A model generated the notes under the pieces. The model did no database searches, was not told where the DNA came from, and saw nothing but the letters and a program-made list of their open reading frames with translations. This document shows positions 1-9,404 of a stretch of DNA of 32,000 nt, piece after piece. Every line of letters begins with the position of its first letter. Position 1 is the stretch's first letter. The stretch comes from Candidatus Lokiarchaeum ossiferum. Its GTDB lineage: Archaea > Asgardarchaeota > Lokiarchaeia > Sigyniarchaeales > Promethearchaeaceae. The stretch covers positions 1,590,001-1,622,000 of the forward strand of contig CP104013.1 of assembly GCA_025839675.1 (NCBI GenBank), read 5' to 3'. A program made the translations under genes and the position numbers.

Positions 1-911
1 ACTTGTTCTTCCGATAATTGGAGATCTAAACCATCGAAGGCAATTGTCTTCAGATTGCCCAATTTTACAATTCGGGCCGGTAGAGTTGTTAATGCATTAT
101 GGGATAGATCCATATCTTCGAGGTTTCTCAATTCACAAAAACTACTGGGAATTTGCGGAATCTTATTTCCTTTGAACGAGATTGCTTTAAGATTCAAGAG
201 ATTTTTGATCCTTGAATCAATTTCATCGATCTTATTGTCATTTAAAATGAGAGAGGTCAGGTTGGGAAGATGAAATACTTCTTCAGGAATATTTTCAAAT
301 AAATTACCCCCTAGATCTAATTTTTTGAGAGTAGTTAGGAGCAGAACACTTTTGGAAAGCGATTTTAATTGGTTATGATGGAGATCAAGTTCTTCTAAAT
401 TTTCCAACCATCCAATCGTTTTAGGTAAACTAGTTAAATTATTTCGCCGTAACCCCAAAATTCTAAGGTTTTTTAATTGGAAAATATCCTCAGGCACGTT
501 TTTTAGGCCACATTCATCTAAATCAAGGTTTGTTACACTTTTGTTCTCAATTGTGCGGATGCTAATGAGGGCTCTATTCGATTTTCCGATTTTATCCTCA
601 AGAGTTTGAAGAAATTCAACTTCATTCTCCCAAAGTTCGGTTGTATTATAAAAAGAAGTTTTCTCGGGTGAGATTAGGATCCGGTTTGGATCAAGACTCG
701 CTGATTTAGTAGATGCGATATTTTTTTTGTCTCTTTCTTCTCCCTTATCCATTTTTTTTAAAGGATCTTTCCTTTTCATGGGAGCATTTTGCTTTTTATC
801 ACCGTGGGTATGGTCATCCGTTTCGGAGGAAAATGCAGAGAGAAGATTGTTCAAAGAATCATTTGGTAACGAATTTTCTTTTTCCTTCTTTTTACGTAAG
901 AATTTACTCAT
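1..911 (-). CDS. Leucine-rich-repeat (LRR) protein, 5' part of the gene; the C-terminus lies beyond the left edge
   Basis: Absent from the supplied ORF track because no stop lies in the window. I checked every reverse-strand codon from ATG (911-909) down to position 3 and found no stop. The translation starts MSKFLRKKKEKENSLPNDS, a K/E/D-rich ~120 aa stretch with alternative in-frame ATGs at 779 and 752. It is followed by at least 7 consecutive ~23-aa LxxLxxLxLxxNxLxxLPxxI units, e.g. LKNLRILGLRRNNLTSLPKTIGWLENLEELDLHHNQLKSL. Confidence 0.8.
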   Translation of the reverse strand, partial: MSKFLRKKKEKENSLPNDSLNNLLSAFSSETDDHTHGDKKQNAPMKRKDPLKKMDKGEERDKKNIASTKSASLDPNRILISPEKTSFYNTTELWENEVEFLQTLEDKIGKSNRALISIRTIENKSVTNLDLDECGLKNVPEDIFQLKNLRILGLRRNNLTSLPKTIGWLENLEELDLHHNQLKSLSKSVLLLTTLKKLDLGGNLFENIPEEVFHLPNLTSLILNDNKIDEIDSRIKNLLNLKAISFKGNKIPQIPSSFCELRNLEDMDLSHNALTTLPARIVKLGNLKTIAFDGLDLQLSEEQ

Positions 912-1208
912 ATGTATATGAGAGAAACCAAAATTGTTTTTAAATGTTTAGCGATGTGAGAATTTTGAATAAAGAATCAAATTAAGGGGAGTTTTTGTAT
1001 CTTTCAAGAATCGAATTGCAATTGCAGTTTAGCCCTTTCAATAACGTTTTAATTAAGAAAAGACATTTTTGATGTACTTTAATTGAACTAACCGAAAATT
1101 TAATCGAGTATATGAAGGTTTTATTTCTATGTTTTACATTAACTATGATAGTTTCATTTTAGTTTTTTTATCAGCATTTTTGACAATAATTAGAACGAGG
1201 AAAAAAAA

Positions 1209-2342
1209 TTACGCAAAAATAAGCGAAAGTATCCCTATATTAATCCCATAACAGAGAAAAGCAAGGAATAGTCCAGCTACAACGATAATTAGCATCTCAT
1301 TAATGAATCGTTTTTGTGGTTCCAAGCTGGGGGTTTCCACAGCATAATTAGGACATTGAGTTATATTCAGTTTCATTCCCAAATACATTAGAATCGTTCC
1401 AGTGATTATTTCAATGATACAAAGACTAAAGAGCACGATCAAAGGGTTTACCCCATAGGATCCAAAATTAGTTTCAAATAATATGGTGATCATTGCACCG
1501 AAATTGAGCATCAACCCCCCTAAAAATCGAAAATAACTGATTTTTGTTGGTTCTATCCACCATGCCTTAAGATTGGTCTGACAAATTGGACAAGGGTGAG
1601 CCTTACCAAGTTCATTAGCAGATTTGGGTCGAAATTTAACACTTTTAGCACATTGAGGGCACCAATAGGCCATGCGAGGAATTCCATGAACCCATCCGGA
1701 AGTTGCGGGATAGATCCCGTTGGCATTTTCTAATGACTTGTTGGGAACATTAACGGCGAAGGGTTTTGTTTGTTCAATAGGACTTTCAGTTAAGTCCGGA
1801 ATTCCAAGAAGGAACCATATTGCGATGGAGATTAGAACAGCCAGAACTATTAATACGAGGAAACGAGAAATAAAGTATCCTACCGAGCTGCCACCAACAA
1901 AACTTAAAATAACAGAAACAAATATTCGCAACCCTTGCAAAATCGACAAAATTTTGGGCATAATTCCATGTTTCCAATATAAAAGGAATAATGCAAAGGA
2001 TGGACCCTGTCGAATCAAAGTTTCTATGAAATTTGCATAGCCGAGATTAATCAGGAGGAAAAGGTCCAAAATTCGGTACACTCCAGCCAGGAATAAAGCA
2101 AAACTGATCAATATGGCATGGTTTTTGGGAAGCAATTTTATATAATTCAAGTAACTAAATAATAATCCAAGAATTATGATCGATTGAATCGGGAGTAACA
2201 CATCCATTATCTGCAGGAATACAGAAAAATCCATCTTGGTTTGAAAAAAACCGATAAAAATTTGGAATAGTAATAAAAATCCACATGCTGCCAATCCTAG
2301 ATAGGTGATGCCATTATATTTTTTAGTGATATAATTCGTCAT
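1209..2342 (-). CDS. Polytopic membrane protein with a central zinc-ribbon loop (family unknown)
   Basis: 377-aa ORF with many long hydrophobic segments on both sides of a hydrophilic loop. The loop carries CPQCAKSVKF...x17...CPICQT, a CxxC...CxxC zinc-ribbon pattern. I recognise no enzymatic motif. Confidence 0.6.
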   Translation of the reverse strand: MTNYITKKYNGITYLGLAACGFLLLFQIFIGFFQTKMDFSVFLQIMDVLLPIQSIIILGLLFSYLNYIKLLPKNHAILISFALFLAGVYRILDLFLLINLGYANFIETLIRQGPSFALFLLYWKHGIMPKILSILQGLRIFVSVILSFVGGSSVGYFISRFLVLIVLAVLISIAIWFLLGIPDLTESPIEQTKPFAVNVPNKSLENANGIYPATSGWVHGIPRMAYWCPQCAKSVKFRPKSANELGKAHPCPICQTNLKAWWIEPTKISYFRFLGGLMLNFGAMITILFETNFGSYGVNPLIVLFSLCIIEIITGTILMYLGMKLNITQCPNYAVETPSLEPQKRFINEMLIIVVAGLFLAFLCYGINIGILSLIFA

Positions 2343-2596
2343 AATTAGACAATACTTGTCTAAATAATTATATAAAAGTATTGAACCATACTAAATCGTC
2401 TGAAGCGATTAATAATTTTAACAAATACTTAACTCAGTGGATTATGCAACTCAAGTTGATGAAGAAGAAAAATTTGAGATATTTGCACAAATCAAGAGTA
2501 AGCAAACAAACATTGTAGTGAGCTCGATTTCTGCATTCTCAACAAGAAAAAAATCCTAGTAACTTTTAAAATAACCCCCAACCTAACAGCTATAAT

Positions 2597-3808
2597 TTGA
2601 TAGAAGTAACTGAAAACTTAACCAACTTAATTCCGAATTTCAAGGAATTACTGCAATATAACTACGTAATCTATGCGATTTTAGACAAATCCTTGAAGGG
2701 GAGAGTATTTGTAGATCAATTACCGAACCCTAGAGTGGTTGTAGCTTGGGATAATACAGATGACTCTGGATTATATCTGGAAGGGCCTTATAGTTCCACG
2801 ATAGCCAAAAAAATTAATCAGTTAATTGTAAGTGATATCATACCAACAGCAGTAAAGCTGGATGAGAGTAAAGATATGACCTGCTGCTTCGCCCCTCATG
2901 ATGTATGGATTGATCACGTGGAAGGAGAAATATTCAAGGACGTTCCTGTTCGTCATGATACACGTAAATTCTTTCATTTTGAAAAGGGAAAAAATACCAT
3001 TTTAAATTGGAAATATGAATTTCCACATCATTTTTCGGTGATTTATTACGATGGACTTCAGAAAGAAGCAAAATCTTGGTCTGGTGAATCCATTAACTTG
3101 TTCGATTTTGAAGGTTTTGATAAAATAGAACCCCTACTCTCCAACTCAAAAGATCCATTTGCATGTTGCATCATAGATAAAAAGCAAAAAAAAATAATAA
3201 CACGAGTGTTTACGGATTGGAATAGCACAAATTTTGTGGAAACAGGCATTCAAACCACGGAGGAATATCGTAAGCAAGGATTAGGATCAAGATGTGCCGC
3301 AGCGATGTTGGAATTCGCATGTTCCCGCGGATATAAACATATTGGCTGGCATTGTTGGAGTGAAAACGTAGGATCAGCTAAAACGGCCTTACGAGCAGGA
3401 TTTGAGTTTGAACGAAGTCATTCAGTATTCCATTTGTGGTATAATCAGTTTGATAATCTGATGCTTCACTTAGATCACTTGAATGATGGGGAAGATGGAA
3501 GAAACACGATTGATGTTTATCGGATTTTAGAAAACCATATTAGCTCTAACTCCCATGCATATCAAACATCATATTTCCAGTCACAACCGTATTATAGGCG
3601 GTGGATCACCCATATGAAAGTGGTGAGTTGTGGAAATGCAGGTGAAGAAGAAGCGGCAATAGAGGCACTGAACCAACTGAAGACAATGAAAGTAGATAAT
3701 CTACAGGGAGTTATTGACGACTTAGGAAAAAAAATATTGAACAAACGATTGTGGGAAAATCCAATGTGGAAAGAAATAATTACTTCTATTGAATCCATTG
3801 AAAATTAA
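2597..3808 (+). CDS. GNAT-family N-acetyltransferase domain protein with extra N- and C-terminal regions
   Basis: 403-aa ORF. The central segment EEYRKQGLGSRCAAAMLEFACSRGYKHIGWHCWSENVGSAKTALRAGFEFE matches the GNAT acetyl-CoA motif A (Q/RxxGxG/A) plus the following helix-strand. The start is a non-ATG codon (TTG at 2597), so the 5' end is uncertain. Confidence 0.65.
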   Translation: MIEVTENLTNLIPNFKELLQYNYVIYAILDKSLKGRVFVDQLPNPRVVVAWDNTDDSGLYLEGPYSSTIAKKINQLIVSDIIPTAVKLDESKDMTCCFAPHDVWIDHVEGEIFKDVPVRHDTRKFFHFEKGKNTILNWKYEFPHHFSVIYYDGLQKEAKSWSGESINLFDFEGFDKIEPLLSNSKDPFACCIIDKKQKKIITRVFTDWNSTNFVETGIQTTEEYRKQGLGSRCAAAMLEFACSRGYKHIGWHCWSENVGSAKTALRAGFEFERSHSVFHLWYNQFDNLMLHLDHLNDGEDGRNTIDVYRILENHISSNSHAYQTSYFQSQPYYRRWITHMKVVSCGNAGEEEAAIEALNQLKTMKVDNLQGVIDDLGKKILNKRLWENPMWKEIITSIESIEN

Positions 3809-3917
3809 AGGACTTTACAATATTTTTTTTACTGTTTAAATTGAAAATCTAACTTTCTTAGAAATTTTCTAAAATAATAACTTTTAAACCTCAAATTTGT
3901 CATAAATTTCATAGCGA

Positions 3918-4595
3918 ATGGACTTATTATTGAAAGAAAATCGGAAATTTAATGCATTTCTGTTATTGCTTTGTATTGCAATAGTGGGAATTTCATCCAT
4001 CTATTTTTCTCAAGACGAGGAACAACATAAATTATGTAATTGTGTTAACATTCCACCAAGTATGGCCAGTGTGAGTTATCAAGTGGAGGATGAAGCGATC
4101 TATTTCTTTACAAATCCAAATGACACGAGTAACATTAATTATATCCAATTTTTTCTGTCATATAACGAAACAATCTTCTCTGATCTTAGATCTTATGTGA
4201 CTTTCAACAATTCTCTTAGATTTAACGCAGGATTTTATGTGGATATTCGATCCAATAATAAGGATACCAATTTTCACATCCAGCAGAGAATAACTCCACA
4301 ATATGTGAACTTGAATAAAAATTGGTATCGATCGGAAAGTATTGCTTGGATCCAATGGGTTAATAAAACGAACTCCGACGTGTATCTGGATCCTTTCGAA
4401 GGGGTGAAGATTCATGTTCTTTTTGGATCTCAGGAGTTGATAACTTGGGGAGATTCTTTCACCATATATTTAGCTTCAAGCCGTGAAAATGTCGATCAGA
4501 TGCTTGAATTTAGGGTCGATTTACCTCTGGAAATGCCAACCGCATCCAACCAAATTATGGGACAATATTCCAAGGCTGAAACCCGAATGTATTGA
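3918..4595 (+). CDS. Hypothetical membrane-anchored or secreted protein
   Basis: 225-aa ORF. It has an N-terminal hydrophobic anchor (FNAFLLLLCIAIVGISSIYF) followed by a hydrophilic domain with several N-x-S/T sequons (NDTS, NETI, NNSL, NKTN). No recognised family. Confidence 0.5.
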   Translation: MDLLLKENRKFNAFLLLLCIAIVGISSIYFSQDEEQHKLCNCVNIPPSMASVSYQVEDEAIYFFTNPNDTSNINYIQFFLSYNETIFSDLRSYVTFNNSLRFNAGFYVDIRSNNKDTNFHIQQRITPQYVNLNKNWYRSESIAWIQWVNKTNSDVYLDPFEGVKIHVLFGSQELITWGDSFTIYLASSRENVDQMLEFRVDLPLEMPTASNQIMGQYSKAETRMY

Positions 4596-4637
4596 AGGAT
4601 ATAAACTAAAATAAAAAAAAATGTTAACTCGAATTTT

Positions 4638-5717
4638 TTACTCTTCTTTAACAAAAAGCGCTTTAACATCCTTTTCAAATAGGAAAAAGGCAATTCCAAG
4701 CGGAAAAGCAAAAATCAAGAAGTAAGTGGAACTAAAGATGACCATATAGCGACAAATGCGATTTTTAAAGAAAAGGCCTATGGAACCAATCACAAGAATG
4801 AGAGAAATCGATCCATAATAGATCCCCAAAATCTCTAATTGAGTGCCAGTAACATCCATGGAATCACCGATTAAATCTACGAGAACATCGCTCATGGTTA
4901 AAGCAACCACCCCATAAGCAAGCATGATAACACCCAACAACAGTGAAATACTCGAAATAATGTTCAAGCGTGTTTTTGCCGGCATTTTCGATGGGATTGC
5001 AGCTTCTACAGGATGGTCTAACACATCCCGGGCGGCATAGAACAGAAGAAACATAGGTATTAAGAAATAAATAACACAGCAGAAAATGACTGCATATTCC
5101 CGTTCCCCTCCATAAATTTCAGTGGAAATTAACATTAACACAATTGATAAAACGGTACCAATTCCAAAAACAATAAATGTCTCTTTATATCCCTTTCGCA
5201 AGTAAAACAATGAGAATATAATCATCCCCACCACAATCGCTTCCCCAATCACCATTATAGGATTCATAGTGTGATAAAGGTCACCACTCCACTCCATGAT
5301 ATCCTGTAATTGGAGATCGATTCCAGGAAAAACATGCATTTCCAGCTCACGATGGAACATTTGATCGATAAAAAAGTGTGAAATTCCCCCTGCTGCGCTA
5401 GCACAGAACGCATTTTTCCAGGAGATTTCCTTAATCCCTTCATCCATAATAGTTAAGGGAAATCCCTTCGAGGAACGCTCCATTTTAAATCGTGAGATAT
5501 AAGAAAATACAAGAGCCAATGGGATAGAAACAATGATATATCCAATAATATAATGGACCCCAGTTTCAATAAACCCAAAAAGAAAAGTAATATCGGGGCC
5601 AAAAATGTTCGTCATTAAGAAAATAAAAGCAAGTTTATAGCTGAATCGTTCTCGCGCGAAATAGAGAATAGGGATCAGCACACATAATCCATATACAATA
5701 TGTCCAAAAGTTGGCAT
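4638..5717 (-). CDS. Polytopic membrane protein, possibly DUF457/YdjM-like membrane-bound metal-dependent hydrolase
   Basis: 359-aa ORF that is strongly hydrophobic throughout. The N-terminus MPTFGHIVYGL and a later His cluster (GGISHFFIDQMFH) resemble the conserved His positions of the YdjM/DUF457 family. This is recalled from memory, not searched. Confidence 0.5.
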   Translation of the reverse strand: MPTFGHIVYGLCVLIPILYFARERFSYKLAFIFLMTNIFGPDITFLFGFIETGVHYIIGYIIVSIPLALVFSYISRFKMERSSKGFPLTIMDEGIKEISWKNAFCASAAGGISHFFIDQMFHRELEMHVFPGIDLQLQDIMEWSGDLYHTMNPIMVIGEAIVVGMIIFSLFYLRKGYKETFIVFGIGTVLSIVLMLISTEIYGGEREYAVIFCCVIYFLIPMFLLFYAARDVLDHPVEAAIPSKMPAKTRLNIISSISLLLGVIMLAYGVVALTMSDVLVDLIGDSMDVTGTQLEILGIYYGSISLILVIGSIGLFFKNRICRYMVIFSSTYFLIFAFPLGIAFFLFEKDVKALFVKEE

Positions 5718-5903
5718 GATTAAATCACTTGAAAAGTTGTGTTGAAATTCTTCAATTAGTATTATTCTGCTGGAAAGAGTTTTAAAGCCATTGCCTCACT
5801 ATTCCAAAAAAATAAAAAAAGTTGATAATTAAAATTCCCTTTTGAAAGACTATAGAAAGAAAAAACTCAAAAATTTTGCCGCTTTAGATAGCTAGAGTAC
5901 GTA

Positions 5904-7322
5904 ATGAAAAATGAAAACCAAGCGATTAAAAAGCTGAACTTGCAAAAACCATCGGGCACTATCGATTTTCTCCCTGAAGATATGGAAAAACGAAGATGGT
6001 TAACGCGTAAAATCGAAGATTCCTTTGCTAAATTTGGAATTCAGCAGATCGACATCCCTATGTATGATTTCTTTGATTTATATCGGATTCGATCTGGAGA
6101 GAAAATTATTAATGACATTTTTACCTTCCACGATCCTCCTAAACACCGCGCAACGGAAAATCCACCTTTATATGCCCTCCGTCCAGAATTTACCGCACCT
6201 TTTGTGCGTTTTTATATTACTAGCGAATTAATGTATCGACCTAAACCTCAGAAATATTTCTATATAGGCCCCTGTTTCCGTTATGATGAACCGACCCGTG
6301 GAAGATATCGCCAATTCACCCAAGCAGGCTTTGAAGTGTTTGGGGCCGATACACCAGCAGCTGATGCGGAAATGCTTATTGTAGCGATGAACTTGATGAA
6401 AGAATTGCAAATTCAAGAGTATCTTCTCCGGATAAATGATCTTACATTCCTTCGCACTTTCCTCCAGGAACAAAATCTATCCATGGCTATGCAAAACAAG
6501 GTTTTTGGGGTAATCGATAATATCGCGAGTTACTTACGAAAATTGGAAATTGGCGCATTAGAAGATCGAACTCAAGAAGATCTCATCGGAGATTATTACG
6601 CTATGATGAATGACTTGGAAATAGATCGAGACTTGACGGTTATTTTAGAAAATTTACTCTTACTCGTAGGGACAGCATCTGAAGTCATCGAGCAATTAAA
6701 AACCATTTTCACCGACTTTCCAGCCACTTTGGAAGCAATTAACAAATCAAATATTCCTGAAGTGTGCACCTTATTGGAAGCAGCAAATATAAATAACTAT
6801 GTTGTAGACTGCGGTATTGCTCGAGGATTGGATTATTATACGAATACGGTATTTGAGATTGATGTTCCCGCACTCGGGAATGAAAAACAAGTCTGTGGAG
6901 GAGGGCGCTATAACGCCATGGTAGAAGAATTTGGAGGTGAATCTACCCCAGGTTTAGGTTTTTCTTTTGGATTTGAACGGCTAATTATCACCTTGGAAGA
7001 ACAAGGTTTATTCAACCCCAAGGAAAACCGATCGGATCTTCTGATTGGAACCAAACCAGAAACTCGGGCTTATGGGATAACCATTGCCCAACAATTACGG
7101 GCGGCTGGTTTGAGTGTAGAGACGGATATAATGAATCGTTCCTTCAAAGCAACAGGGAAGTTTGTTAATCGAATGAAAATCCCATTTATGATGTTCTTAG
7201 GACCGCGTGAAATGGAAAACAAAAAATTTTCATTAAAAAACTTCACTACCCAAAATCAATTGAATGATTTAGATTTGGAAGCAGTAATTAAAGAGATTGA
7301 GACTTTTAAAAAAACTCAATAA
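5904..7322 (+). CDS. hisS: Histidyl-tRNA synthetase (class II)
   Basis: 472-aa ORF. It shows class-II motif 2 with the HisRS signature YYIGPCFRYDEPTRGRYRQFTQAGFEVFG. It also has the HisRS-specific GGGRYNAMV and a C-terminal anticodon-binding-like region. Confidence 0.95.
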   Translation: MKNENQAIKKLNLQKPSGTIDFLPEDMEKRRWLTRKIEDSFAKFGIQQIDIPMYDFFDLYRIRSGEKIINDIFTFHDPPKHRATENPPLYALRPEFTAPFVRFYITSELMYRPKPQKYFYIGPCFRYDEPTRGRYRQFTQAGFEVFGADTPAADAEMLIVAMNLMKELQIQEYLLRINDLTFLRTFLQEQNLSMAMQNKVFGVIDNIASYLRKLEIGALEDRTQEDLIGDYYAMMNDLEIDRDLTVILENLLLLVGTASEVIEQLKTIFTDFPATLEAINKSNIPEVCTLLEAANINNYVVDCGIARGLDYYTNTVFEIDVPALGNEKQVCGGGRYNAMVEEFGGESTPGLGFSFGFERLIITLEEQGLFNPKENRSDLLIGTKPETRAYGITIAQQLRAAGLSVETDIMNRSFKATGKFVNRMKIPFMMFLGPREMENKKFSLKNFTTQNQLNDLDLEAVIKEIETFKKTQ

Positions 7323-7325
7323 CCA

Positions 7326-7333
7326 TTTTTTTT
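7326..7333 (+). terminator. Oligo-T run (T8) 4 nt after the hisS stop codon
   Basis: taaccaTTTTTTTTc read directly from the sequence. Archaeal intrinsic termination typically uses oligo-T tracts. Confidence 0.4.
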
Positions 7334-7334
7334 C

Positions 7335-8348
7335 TTATTTGACATATTCCCGTAAATGAGTGATTTTTAATAATTCAACGTTAACATCACGAGGATCTTT
7401 CCTATCATAAGTTAATCGAGCCACTCGGGCTTGGATAGAAGTATTTACATAGTCCCGTGCTGAAAAAATGGAAAGAAAACGATTTTTAAAATAATAGCGA
7501 AAACCTTGTTCAAACACTTGATGTCCCCGAATCACCATGTCCACACGATTGGTTTTGATAAAATTAGAAAAAATTTTAGGCCCAAACACGTAGAAGGATC
7601 CCCCTCGTTCAAAATTCGGACCATATAATAGGTTTTTTGAAAGATTTTCAATAGGATCATTCCATAAGATCTGTTGGGAAATCGGATCAATTAATTGGAT
7701 ATCAGCAAATTTATTTTGAAGATCTGTCTTCCTTAAATTGATAGCTTGTTTGGGATATTCAAGATTAATAGGAATACCCCCATGTAAAGCAAGAATATTA
7801 AAGCCATCGGAGTCAATAAATGCCGCTATAGGTAAAAGCTCAAAAAGACGAGCAAAATCAAGATAGAGATTTGTTCGAAAACGAGATTTCACATTTTTTT
7901 TAAAACCATAACTCGTGTTGACTCTTTGTTCCTCATGATTGCCTCGAAGTAAAATCACATCTTTGGGATGACGAAGATTGAAAGAAATTAAGTACAACAA
8001 CGTATGAATATCCATTTCATTGCGATCAACATAATCCCCTAAAAACACGCATTTCATTCTTTTACCTTGTTGTTGGGCTTCTCTAAACATCGCTTCAAAA
8101 TAATGAATTATGATATTCAAATCAAAAAAAGCTCCATGAATATCCCCAATAAAATAAAGAATCGTATCTTTTGGATTATAAACATCGATAAGGAGAGGTT
8201 TTTTTATATTCTTCTTGGAATATAATTGGATTATTTTTTCCAACAAGGCAGATATTTTCTGGGGAGCTGTTTCATCACCGTAATAACGTGTAAAGGAGAT
8301 GGCTCGATTTTTTTGATTAAAATAATAATCCCAGAATTCCTGTTCCAT
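7335..8348 (-). CDS. PPP-family (PP1/PP2A/PP2B-like) Ser/Thr protein phosphatase
   Basis: 337-aa ORF with the ordered PPP metallophosphoesterase motifs. These are GDIHG, GDYVDRN (canonical GDxVDRG, with N replacing the final G), LLRGNHE, LHGG and VIRGHQ. Confidence 0.9.
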   Translation of the reverse strand: MEQEFWDYYFNQKNRAISFTRYYGDETAPQKISALLEKIIQLYSKKNIKKPLLIDVYNPKDTILYFIGDIHGAFFDLNIIIHYFEAMFREAQQQGKRMKCVFLGDYVDRNEMDIHTLLYLISFNLRHPKDVILLRGNHEEQRVNTSYGFKKNVKSRFRTNLYLDFARLFELLPIAAFIDSDGFNILALHGGIPINLEYPKQAINLRKTDLQNKFADIQLIDPISQQILWNDPIENLSKNLLYGPNFERGGSFYVFGPKIFSNFIKTNRVDMVIRGHQVFEQGFRYYFKNRFLSIFSARDYVNTSIQARVARLTYDRKDPRDVNVELLKITHLREYVK

Positions 8349-8430
8349 TTTTATCCCTACAAAGATGAATCAAAAGTGTCCCGATTTGTTGTAAGTAGAA
8401 ATAAGTGAAAAGATCCTTTGAATTTATGGA

Positions 8431-9276
8431 TTATTGCTTTGGTGAAAATTTGGGAATGACATCAGGAAATCCAAAGGCCTTCAAGGGTTTTACACGGGAA
8501 TAAGAAGAAGATGGAGCAATATGATCCCCCATTTTAAGTTCGGATTGTGAGACCGAATCGATTCGTTGCAAAATCGCCAGAATATCCTGATCCCCGGAAG
8601 AATTCTCAGAAACATTGGGTTTTTTAACTCTCTCCATAGTAAAATCTTCCCATTCATTTTCTGATTTTGACCTTTTAGTTTTTGAATCAATATCATTGGG
8701 AGATGAATCCTCGACTGTTGCTTTATAAATTTCAACTAAATCAGGATATTTTCCGATTTCCTCAATAATATTATCCTTTGAAGAGTGGGAATTCGGTGAT
8801 CTCACTTCAGAGGGGTGGATTGAAGTATCTATAATAAATTCCTTTGACTCTGAATGATGGGACACAACATCTATTTCAGATGATGATGAGGGATGAATGG
8901 TATTGATTTCTGTTGGTGAGAATTCTTCTGATGGCACTGTGGAATTAGTAGCATCTAAAGAAGAATTTTCTGACATTAGACGGAGAGAATCGATATCAAT
9001 TTTCTTGTTGAAAATTCGTTCTAATTGTTCAATTAAACCTTTTAAATACAATACTATTTCGGTTTTAGAAAGATCAAACTCGGATCTTGGTGAAGTATTG
9101 AATTTTTCAAGATAGTATAAATATTCATCTGCATTTACATTAAACTGCTTCACTATTGCGACATAAGCTTCAGAAAGGAGAAAAATGGATTGATGTGCCT
9201 TTTCTTTTTTAAGTTGTCTCAAATAGCCACTAAAATCTTGGTTTAACTTATCAAAAGAATTCTCATCGGCACTCAT
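8431..9276 (-). CDS. Hypothetical protein: N-terminal helical region plus a long Ser/Glu/Asp-rich low-complexity tail
   Basis: 281-aa ORF on the same strand as the PPP phosphatase and 82 nt upstream of it. About the first 100 aa look helical. The remainder is S/E/D/N/P-rich (SSSSEIDVVSHHSESKE...). No recognised domain. Confidence 0.5.
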   Translation of the reverse strand: MSADENSFDKLNQDFSGYLRQLKKEKAHQSIFLLSEAYVAIVKQFNVNADEYLYYLEKFNTSPRSEFDLSKTEIVLYLKGLIEQLERIFNKKIDIDSLRLMSENSSLDATNSTVPSEEFSPTEINTIHPSSSSEIDVVSHHSESKEFIIDTSIHPSEVRSPNSHSSKDNIIEEIGKYPDLVEIYKATVEDSSPNDIDSKTKRSKSENEWEDFTMERVKKPNVSENSSGDQDILAILQRIDSVSQSELKMGDHIAPSSSYSRVKPLKAFGFPDVIPKFSPKQ

Positions 9277-9404
9277 TGTTTAATATATCTTTTATTCTTA
9301 AGCTTAAAAAAATTTGTTTAAGCAATTTCAGAATTTCTCAACGATTAGTGATTTAACAGTCCAATTATTCAAATTGTTTCCATGGTTTTGTTAAGTGACC
9401 TTCA

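Noticed and set aside
55-943. Three plus-strand ORFs from the track (55..273, 713..943, 727..921)
   Set aside because: They lie antisense to, or overlapping, the continuous reverse-strand LRR reading frame, which has clear periodic LRR motifs. Their translations are low-complexity F/L/S-rich shadows.
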